Below are positions 27,733 to 35,935 of a stretch of DNA of 64,000 bases, one piece after another. The stretch lies in assembly GCA_964529415.1 (NCBI GenBank), contig CAZGWD010000004.1, forward strand, positions 70,806-134,805, read 5' to 3'. This DNA is from an uncultured Leptospirales bacterium (GTDB lineage: Bacteria > Spirochaetota > UBA4802 > UBA5550). The translations under genes and the position numbers were made by a program. The notes beneath the pieces are model-generated. The model had not been told where the DNA came from. It made no database searches and saw nothing but the letters and a program-made list of their open reading frames with translations. The stretch's first letter is position 1, and each line of letters begins with the position of its first letter.

Positions 27733-28734
27733 CTATTTAAAATAACCTTTTGAGAACATAAAATTAATTCTATCATAAATAAAAATTATTCTGTTATTCA
27801 ATTCAAGTGTTGAATATATTTCAAGAGGTGATGATATAATTTTACTGTTAATTACGTGAATCCAAATCTGCTTCCTGCTTAGCGCAAGAGCTGTTAAAAA
27901 TTCCGGAAGCGGTATTCCGGAATTTGCAGACTCAGCTCCGAGAGTGTAGAATATTTCAAAATTTTTTTCATTCGGAGACAGTTTGATGTTTGATATAACA
28001 GCATCAAGTACTGTTTGATTAATCTGGAAAAGTTTATCAAAGAATGAAAGCAATTTAGGTATATTTTTAAAAACGTCATCAATCCAGTTTCTGGTTATTA
28101 ATTCTCTTTCTTTATCAATAAGTTTAACAAGAATGTTTGATAAAAAATCAGGCTGCCTGCCGTTATTTATTAAATGAACCGGATCGATTTCAGGAAGCAG
28201 ATGCTGAAATGAATCTATCATTGCCCAGACATCCCTGTGCTGATCAATATATATTTTCACTGCTTTTTCATTTGACGACCATGCAAGTTCCGGAATATCA
28301 AAAATAGGAAAAAATTTTGCATCAATTGCGTCGTCGCCCGGGCAGACTGCTCCGCAAATCATTTTAACTTCATATGTTACAATAGCAAGACTTCCGTAAA
28401 AATAATTTTCTACAGTGTCAACATCTATCAGCTGAACAATCTCTCCATCTACTCCTGCCTCCTCTTTTAATTCCCGCAGGGCAGCTTCTTTTACCTCCTC
28501 GCCTGCTTCTGCAAATCCGATTGGCAGGCACCACATGTTAATATAGGGATCTTTTTTTCTCTGCACAAGAAGAATTTCACGCTTTTCGTTAACTACAATG
28601 CTGCTTGCTACCGGAAGCGGGTTCTCATAAAATACTGTTCCGCATTGCGTGCAGAAATCACGAACTTTATCATCTATATCTTTTTGAGAAACAGACGATC
28701 CGCAATAGCAGCAGAACAATTTTTGTTTTTTCAT
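27733..28734 (-). CDS. zinc-ribbon NUDIX hydrolase with C-terminal helical (RsbR-N-like?) domain
   Basis: CCYCG...CTQCG zinc ribbon directly before the Nudix box GFAEAGEEVKEAALRELKEEAGV, an architecture like NudC. About 150 extra C-terminal aa. The start is set at the internal ATG (MKKQKLF) preceded by GGAG. Confidence 0.7.
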   Translation of the reverse strand: MKKQKLFCCYCGSSVSQKDIDDKVRDFCTQCGTVFYENPLPVASSIVVNEKREILLVQRKKDPYINMWCLPIGFAEAGEEVKEAALRELKEEAGVDGEIVQLIDVDTVENYFYGSLAIVTYEVKMICGAVCPGDDAIDAKFFPIFDIPELAWSSNEKAVKIYIDQHRDVWAMIDSFQHLLPEIDPVHLINNGRQPDFLSNILVKLIDKERELITRNWIDDVFKNIPKLLSFFDKLFQINQTVLDAVISNIKLSPNEKNFEIFYTLGAESANSGIPLPEFLTALALSRKQIWIHVINSKIISSPLEIYSTLELNNRIIFIYDRINFMFSKGYFK

Positions 28735-28774
28735 TTTATTTCCGCTCCAGACATTTAAAAAATTTATTATCAGA

Positions 28775-29626
28775 TTATTTCCAGCATCGGAAAACAGAAT
28801 CATCTTTATTTAATATAATTCCATGATTTAAAAGAGAATAACTGGCAATCTCATTATAAAAAATCTGTTTGTATTTATCGATTTTATCCGGATTCTCATC
28901 AAGAATTTCCTTATATATCAGATACCTTTTTTTTTCAATGTAATCCATGCAGTCATCAATTTTTTCAGCGGGAAATATCAGGCTGTTCCTATAGTTAATC
29001 ATGTCTATTTTTGAAAAATAGGGAGATAATTTAGCATATCCATTCTGAGTGGAAAAATTTTTAAACAGACTGGTAATAGCAAGCTCGTCATGCACATTAA
29101 TATCAGCAAGCGATAGTGATTTAACAATAATATCAATTGCAGCCTGGAGGGAAAGGTCACTATGAGTAATTGTAATAAATAATCCGTTCTTTTTCAATAT
29201 CCGCGATATCTGCGGAATTAAATGCGGGAAAAAGTATAGGGAATAACTTGCTATTATAAGATCATATTTTTCATCTGCAAAATCCGCTATCTGATCCACA
29301 CTTCCCTGAATAAACCCGCCTGTATATCCGGCTGAAGAAATATTATGAAGATATGCTTCTCTATTATTTCTTACAATATCAATTCCGCTTATGTGAGCGT
29401 TCATATTCAGACGGTTTCTTAAAGATTCAATGAAAAAACCGTATCCGCAGCCGAGTTCAAGAATTGTAACAAATCCTGTCAGGTCTAATCCATCCAATGC
29501 AGTGTTCCGCACATCTTCTTTATTTGTAGAGTATGTTTTTATTATATCTTTTGACACCAGAAGATCTGATACCTTGTCATAGGTATTTTTAATGTCGCTG
29601 ACAGTATATAATTCTTCTGTTTTCAT
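28775..29626 (-). CDS. class I SAM-dependent methyltransferase
   Basis: Motif I ILELGCGYGFF and post-I acidic residue (GIDI), with a Rossmann-like pattern through DLIIASYSLYF. Confidence 0.75.
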   Translation of the reverse strand: MKTEELYTVSDIKNTYDKVSDLLVSKDIIKTYSTNKEDVRNTALDGLDLTGFVTILELGCGYGFFIESLRNRLNMNAHISGIDIVRNNREAYLHNISSAGYTGGFIQGSVDQIADFADEKYDLIIASYSLYFFPHLIPQISRILKKNGLFITITHSDLSLQAAIDIIVKSLSLADINVHDELAITSLFKNFSTQNGYAKLSPYFSKIDMINYRNSLIFPAEKIDDCMDYIEKKRYLIYKEILDENPDKIDKYKQIFYNEIASYSLLNHGIILNKDDSVFRCWK

Positions 29627-29691
29627 TTTACTTTCATATTTTTAAAATATTTAAATTCCACAAAGTCTGTAATAATAAAAAACTGGATCTG

Positions 29692-32600
29692 TCAAAAAAA
29701 TTCCGCTGCAAGTATGGTGATATCATCATCTACATTAACTTTACCGGCAAAACTTGTCACGCCTTTAAATATATTTGAACATAGATCATCCACTGTTTTT
29801 GAATTATCAGAATGATCCTTTATCCAGTTTAAAAAATAATTACTGTCATCACCGAGCATTGATCCGTCATATGCAGCTGCTTCTGTAATGCCGTCTGTGT
29901 ACAGCACCAGCCTGTCGCCCGGTTCCATTTTAAATACAATTTCCTCATGATTCAGGGCAAACGTTTCACTGATCATTCTTCCTTTTACAAATATGTACCT
30001 GGGTTCCATGTTCCTTGATAGAAGTATCATTGGAGGGTGCCCTGCGTTGCATGCAGTGACAGTCCGGTTCTTCAGATCAACAATACATATACAAGCTGTG
30101 AAAAAACTTCCTGCCAATTTTCCTTCTAGGAGTTTTTTTATTTCTGTAAGTGTGTTTTTTGGATTATCATCCCTGATTCGCCATAAAAAATCAAGAGCCA
30201 TGCTAACCATGGTGGATGTAAATGCCGCTGGTATTCCGTGTCCGGATACATCGCAAATAAAAAGTCCTGCCTTATCTGATTCAGGCCAGTACTTTACGCT
30301 TATAAAATCACCGCCCACACCCATCATGGGTATGTATCTGTATGCCACTTCAATTTTATCAGTTGCCGGAAGTCTTTCCGGAAGAAGAGAATTCTGTATG
30401 TCCTGAGCCATCATGATTTCGCGCTCAAGAACAGCATTCTGCATCTCTACCGATACAAGGCGCGTATTTTCAATAGAAATTGCAGCCTGAGACAAAAGAA
30501 TTCTCAGCAGCTGTATTCTATCTGCTGTAAATCCACCTGTTATCAGATTATTTTCAAGATATAAAATTGCCCGTGCTTCACCCTTGCCTGTGAAAGGCAG
30601 GCATAAAACAGATTTTGGACTATTCTTTATAATATATTTATCATATAAAAAAAGTGAAAAATTTGAAGCATCGTCCAGAACGAGGGTTTCCATTGTTTTA
30701 TTTACATAATTTATCAGTGAATTAGGAAGCATCGTAGACTCATCACCAATTGGGACACGGCACACTTCAATTTTTGAATTGATCGAACCTGATGCTTCAA
30801 TAAAAAGTGAATGCTCCCATTCAAATATTATAGCGCCCTTCTGCGCACCTGCATTTTCCATCATAATATTCATAAGAGTCTCAAGCAGTTTTTCAATCCG
30901 TATTTCACCGGAAATTGCCTGGGATGCTTTAATTACAGTTGATATATCAAGCAGATCATTGCCATTCCCAATAGAACCAATTGCACTTTCAGGTTTATCT
31001 TTAACAGCTATATCAATTTTCTTATCAGCCAGATGCGGATATTTTTCGAGAAGATATGCGCAAACCCCATCAGCACCCCATCTACGGAAAAATTTATGTG
31101 CTCTGATCAGATGATAATCCCCAAGATCCGGCTGCCCGAATCTTTTATAATATTCTCCTGTTCTCATATTAAATATTGCAGCATCCTGGGTAAAACCGGA
31201 TTCTTTCGCAAGATTTATAGCACGGTGTATATAGGTTATAGCTTTAAGATGTCTTTTTTTAATAATTGAATATTCCCCGAGAAAAAAACAGTATTTGTGT
31301 AAAAAAGTAATTTCATTCTTCTCAGAAAGTTTTTTGAAGTATTTAATATTCTTTCTGAATAATTTCATTGCCTGTTTTTTTTCTGATTTATTAAGACTTT
31401 CCATTATTGAAAGAATTATCAATGATTGATAGAAATGAAATTCAGGAATGTGCAGAGAACCGACTGGAATTTTTAAAATCGGCAGCATTTTTTGCGAAAT
31501 GGTATAGGCAGTTAAATTTCTTCCATAGAAAAAATTAATTTTAATCTTATTCAGGTAATACATGAATAATTCCATAGAATTTGCATTTGCTATTATTTCA
31601 GCTTCGCGTGTAATTTCATTATAGATATTATCACTCACTGATTCCAGGGCTTCTGTTCTTCCTTTTAAACTCAAATAAAAACTTTCATTCTCAATATATG
31701 TATTTAAAAGAAAAATATCCTTTATGCCTTTCAGGAATGAACTCCTTCTAAAATACTCTACATATGCTTCATCAAGATTGTAACCGGCGATTATTTTATG
31801 AAAAAAAAGATTATTCACGCAATGGCCGGCAAATATATGATCACCTGATTCTATGCCATATTTATATCCATCATTAAAATACTGGTAATTTTCTTTTATG
31901 TGTTTTACCCAACCCTGGATAAAATAAGCAAAAGAAAAATTTGTCTTGCACCTGTAATTCACTGCTTCAAATTTCTCATTGAGTCTCATAGACATAAGGC
32001 CAAGCCTGTATGCTTCTTCCTGCCTTCCAAACGCTGTTGATAGAATTGACCCGAAAGCCATGTAAGAAAAAGCTGAATGGCGGCAATTCCCGTATTTGAG
32101 AGAAATATTAACTGAAGTGAAAACAAAAACAGCAAATTGATCCGGATTTATATAATATGCTGCAGTGCCTATATTGCTTAAGATGGCAAGTGCAAGAAGC
32201 TTTTCCCTGTCTTTCATTTCCGGAAGATCGTATATATCCGAAATTTTTTTCCCTCGCATCAGCTTAAGATACTTAACAAATTCAACAGCCACTCTTAATT
32301 TTCCAGGATGTTTAGGAACTCTGATGCCCAGCATATGCAGGCCTCTAACACCTTCTGCAACTGCCTGTGCCGGTTTATTCATGCTTGTATAAAGCAGAGC
32401 CAGTTTATTATGCACTGCAGCCCTGTCATATCCGTCAGCAGACTTTAAAAGAACTTCTGCAAATATTTTTTCTGACTCGGAAAATCTGCTGCTGAGATAT
32501 TCACACTCAGCAAGATCCATGCACAGGGAATACGCATAATTATAATCTTTATTCCAGATAGAAGCGCCGGCAAGATCCATTGAAGTCCTGAAATAACTTG

Positions 32601-34911
32601 CAGCAGACTCATACGCAGCTGATCCTTTAGCTTTTCTTCCGGCTAAACGGTTTATTTCAGAAAGGAAAAAAATTTCATCACTATTTTTAATTTCAGGTAT
32701 TCCCCTGTTAAACTGATTAACGATATAAAATATTTTCAGGAAAATTTTTTCGCCGCCTTTTACATCCAGATCAGTCTTATCCACAACCAAATGGAATATT
32801 TCCTGAAAAAGTTTTTGTCCTCCCGCAGCATCTAACTCAAATTTTCCTATTGCATAATGTATTTTACATCTATCTTTATCAGATAATAGTGAATTTGCAG
32901 CTTCAATAATTCTGTTGTGATAAAAAGTATAAATGTTATCAGCAAATGTCAGATATCCTTCGTTTACAATGGTACTGAGACTTTCTATAATTTCTTCTAA
33001 TGGTTTGCCTGTAACCGCTGACAGAGTCTGAATATCAAAACGCTCGCCTATGCATGATCCGGCTTTTAAAATTTCTCTTGAAGTTTCAGGCAGCCTTGCA
33101 ATTTTTTCAGCCATCAGTTCTATTACATTATTTGTAACCTTCATTCCGCTTATTGATTTTAAATTACAGGTCCACCCTATTTCCGGTTTGAAGCTTACAA
33201 GTTTTTCATCGAACATTGACTTAATGAGCTGATTCACAAAAAACGGGTTGCCGTTTGTTTTATTTTTAATTAAACCTACAACCTCTGTTGATAAAATATC
33301 ACCCTTTTTAAAAATACCGCTGAGAATCCCGGAAATTCCTTTTCCATCAAGCGGCCCTACAGGAATGTTTGTTATATTTACTCCTGAGTCTTTAATTGTG
33401 TTTAATAATCCTGTAAGGATATGGCCTTCCATTACCTCGCCGTTTCTGTATGATGCAATGATCAGAATATTCCTGAGACCCTTGTCGCATATAAACCCGC
33501 TTAAAAAATCAAGACTTGCAGGATCTATCCACTGCATGTCATCAAAAAAAATAATAAGGGGTTTCGATTCATAGGCAAAACAGCTGATAAACATTTTCAG
33601 GACAAAATTAAACCTGTTTTTTGCTTCTTCCGGATTAAGATCAGCAATTCGAGGCTGCAGCCCTATAATAAGTTCCGCAAGCGGTATCATATCTGTCAGG
33701 ATTTTTCCATTTTGACCTACAGCTGCAAGAATTTTATGTTTCCATATCTCCAGATACTGATCACCCTGAGGAAGCAGCTGACGGATGAGTGACATGAAAG
33801 CCTGTATTATTGAACTGTAAGGAACTTCCCGTTTAAAAGAATCAAACTTGCCCTGAATAAAATATCCACCTGATGCAACAACCGGACGCATAATATCATT
33901 TACCAATGAAGTCTTGCCGGCACCAGACTCCCCAGTGACCAGAACAACCTCAACTGCGCCTGTAGATACTCTCTTAACAGAATCCAGAAGCAAAGCCGTT
34001 TCTTTTTCCCTGCCGGAGATTTTATTTGTTATAACAAATCCGGTAGAAAAATCAGAGCCGCCTAGTTCAAAATTTTCTATTGTACCATTTCCAGAGATTG
34101 ATGTGCGGCATCTGCCGAGATCATACTCAAGGCTGTATCCGCTGCTGTAACGGTCATCAGCGCGTTTTGACATCAGCTTCAAGACCACATTCGAAATCAT
34201 GTCTGGCACTAAAGGGTTGACTTCATTTAAAGGAACCGGTTCTTTAGCAAGGTGAGAATGAATGATTTCAATAGGATCATCACTTTCAAATGGAAGCCTT
34301 CCTGCAAGCATTTCATAAAAGGTGACTCCGAGTGAATAAAAATCTGTCCGGAAATCAACAGGCTGATTTATTCGCCCAGTCTGTTCAGGCGAAACATAAC
34401 CGATAGTGCCTTCAAGCTTTCTGAGATGCATTGCCCTATCACTCCGGGTTAACCTTGCCATTATCCCGAAGTCTGCAATTTTCACCTCTGATGTTTTTGA
34501 ATTGATTAGTATATTGTGAGGTTTAATATCAAAATGAATTATTCCTTTTTCATGAAGCATTCCAAGTGTATTTGCAAGCTTCTCAGCAATAGGGATAAAA
34601 GTTTCAACGCTGAAATTGTTTATTTTGATTAGATTATGGAGCGGCACTCCGTTGAAGTCTTCGACGACAACCGCTATTTCTTTATCTGCTAATACAGAAT
34701 CATATGTCTTGATAATACCGGGACAATCAATATTTTTTATTATTTCAAATTCCTGATTGATTCTTATTCTGTCAGCTTTTGTTGGGTTATCCAGCAGAAA
34801 ATACTTAACAATAACACTTATGCCTGAATCTTTTTTTACGGCTCTGTAAAACCTTGAGCCTGCAGTTTCATTTATCTTTTCAAGAAGGGAATATTCATCT
34901 TCAATTTTCAA
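29692..34911 (-). CDS. multidomain Ser/Thr protein kinase - AAA(STAND-like) ATPase - TPR - GAF - SpoIIE/PP2C phosphatase
   Basis: Kinase motifs HFDIKPHNILI, IADFGIM and YVSPEQ. Walker A GESGAGKT. GAF segment (SVLCLPFTGKGEARAILYLEN). C-terminal PP2C domain (GVGGDFISV, CDVSGHGIPAA, LYTDGITE, DDDITIL). Collinear paralog of 9928..14865 up to the output domain. TTG start with GGAGA RBS. Confidence 0.85.
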   Translation of the reverse strand: MKIEDEYSLLEKINETAGSRFYRAVKKDSGISVIVKYFLLDNPTKADRIRINQEFEIIKNIDCPGIIKTYDSVLADKEIAVVVEDFNGVPLHNLIKINNFSVETFIPIAEKLANTLGMLHEKGIIHFDIKPHNILINSKTSEVKIADFGIMARLTRSDRAMHLRKLEGTIGYVSPEQTGRINQPVDFRTDFYSLGVTFYEMLAGRLPFESDDPIEIIHSHLAKEPVPLNEVNPLVPDMISNVVLKLMSKRADDRYSSGYSLEYDLGRCRTSISGNGTIENFELGGSDFSTGFVITNKISGREKETALLLDSVKRVSTGAVEVVLVTGESGAGKTSLVNDIMRPVVASGGYFIQGKFDSFKREVPYSSIIQAFMSLIRQLLPQGDQYLEIWKHKILAAVGQNGKILTDMIPLAELIIGLQPRIADLNPEEAKNRFNFVLKMFISCFAYESKPLIIFFDDMQWIDPASLDFLSGFICDKGLRNILIIASYRNGEVMEGHILTGLLNTIKDSGVNITNIPVGPLDGKGISGILSGIFKKGDILSTEVVGLIKNKTNGNPFFVNQLIKSMFDEKLVSFKPEIGWTCNLKSISGMKVTNNVIELMAEKIARLPETSREILKAGSCIGERFDIQTLSAVTGKPLEEIIESLSTIVNEGYLTFADNIYTFYHNRIIEAANSLLSDKDRCKIHYAIGKFELDAAGGQKLFQEIFHLVVDKTDLDVKGGEKIFLKIFYIVNQFNRGIPEIKNSDEIFFLSEINRLAGRKAKGSAAYESAASYFRTSMDLAGASIWNKDYNYAYSLCMDLAECEYLSSRFSESEKIFAEVLLKSADGYDRAAVHNKLALLYTSMNKPAQAVAEGVRGLHMLGIRVPKHPGKLRVAVEFVKYLKLMRGKKISDIYDLPEMKDREKLLALAILSNIGTAAYYINPDQFAVFVFTSVNISLKYGNCRHSAFSYMAFGSILSTAFGRQEEAYRLGLMSMRLNEKFEAVNYRCKTNFSFAYFIQGWVKHIKENYQYFNDGYKYGIESGDHIFAGHCVNNLFFHKIIAGYNLDEAYVEYFRRSSFLKGIKDIFLLNTYIENESFYLSLKGRTEALESVSDNIYNEITREAEIIANANSMELFMYYLNKIKINFFYGRNLTAYTISQKMLPILKIPVGSLHIPEFHFYQSLIILSIMESLNKSEKKQAMKLFRKNIKYFKKLSEKNEITFLHKYCFFLGEYSIIKKRHLKAITYIHRAINLAKESGFTQDAAIFNMRTGEYYKRFGQPDLGDYHLIRAHKFFRRWGADGVCAYLLEKYPHLADKKIDIAVKDKPESAIGSIGNGNDLLDISTVIKASQAISGEIRIEKLLETLMNIMMENAGAQKGAIIFEWEHSLFIEASGSINSKIEVCRVPIGDESTMLPNSLINYVNKTMETLVLDDASNFSLFLYDKYIIKNSPKSVLCLPFTGKGEARAILYLENNLITGGFTADRIQLLRILLSQAAISIENTRLVSVEMQNAVLEREIMMAQDIQNSLLPERLPATDKIEVAYRYIPMMGVGGDFISVKYWPESDKAGLFICDVSGHGIPAAFTSTMVSMALDFLWRIRDDNPKNTLTEIKKLLEGKLAGSFFTACICIVDLKNRTVTACNAGHPPMILLSRNMEPRYIFVKGRMISETFALNHEEIVFKMEPGDRLVLYTDGITEAAAYDGSMLGDDSNYFLNWIKDHSDNSKTVDDLCSNIFKGVTSFAGKVNVDDDITILAAEFF

Positions 34912-34974
34912 AGCAGGTCTCCATGTTCTTTATCATGGATATAATGAGGATAATCAGTGATTTGAATAAAAATT

Positions 34975-35880
34975 TCATAAACCCAGCTTTGAATCTATAA
35001 GTTTATCTTTTTTCTGCCACATTGAATTCAGCCAGTCGTTAAACTCTTTTTGAAAATTTTTATCTTCAAGATCCGCACTTGCAAATTTCTCAGGTATCTG
35101 AAGTGTTTCAATTAAAACATCGATCTTTTTTAATTTTCCGCAGAGGAATTCCCACATTGAAGGAATTCCTTCAGGATAAACTATTGTTACATTCAGCAAA
35201 CCGCGGAATTTATCCCCCATTGCTGAAATTGTAAAAGACAGGCCGCCGGCTTTCGGTTTTAATAAATATTTATATGGAGAATTCTGGCTGTCATGCTTTT
35301 CCTTTGTAATTCTCGTACCCTCCGGGAATGTCATTACTGCTACATAGTCTGTTTTAAACTTTTCACAGGCTTTTCGTGTTATTTCTATATCCTTCCCTTT
35401 CAGAGAAGGATTTTTTTCAATTTCAGATTTTGTAAAACGCTTCATGAAAGGAAAATCCAGAGCCCACCATGCGAGTCCCATGATCGGCACCCAGATAAGT
35501 TCTTTCTTTAGAAAAAATTTTATATATGGAATTTTTCCATATAATACTTTCTGAATTATTATTATATCCACCCAGGACTGATGATTTGATATTACAAGAT
35601 ACCAGTCATCTTTTTTTAATTTTTCGGCGCCTGTTATTTTCCATTCTATAGAATAAAATATATCCATAAACAATGAATTTACAAACACCCAGTTATTTGC
35701 CACTCTGACAAGAACCTTTCCTGTAATTGATCGCCACCAGGGGATTGGAATTATAAATTTAATCAAAGCAAGAGGAAAAAGCAGAGTTGCACAGCAGATA
35801 ATATTAACTACTACAACTAATAAAACAAAACATCCAAACAACTGAGAGGCCACATTTTTCAACATTTCATTATATCTCAC
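34975..35880 (-). CDS. PlsC-family acyltransferase (YihG-like lysophospholipid acyltransferase)
   Basis: N-terminal TM segments, HX4D motif SNHQSWVD and the FPEGTR motif. GTG start at 35880, or alternatively ATG at 35865. Confidence 0.75.
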   Translation of the reverse strand: MRYNEMLKNVASQLFGCFVLLVVVVNIICCATLLFPLALIKFIIPIPWWRSITGKVLVRVANNWVFVNSLFMDIFYSIEWKITGAEKLKKDDWYLVISNHQSWVDIIIIQKVLYGKIPYIKFFLKKELIWVPIMGLAWWALDFPFMKRFTKSEIEKNPSLKGKDIEITRKACEKFKTDYVAVMTFPEGTRITKEKHDSQNSPYKYLLKPKAGGLSFTISAMGDKFRGLLNVTIVYPEGIPSMWEFLCGKLKKIDVLIETLQIPEKFASADLEDKNFQKEFNDWLNSMWQKKDKLIDSKLGL

Positions 35881-35935
35881 TTTCTTTTAATATCTAAATT
35901 ATTTTTAATAACTATTATAAACTGCCGGATTCAAT

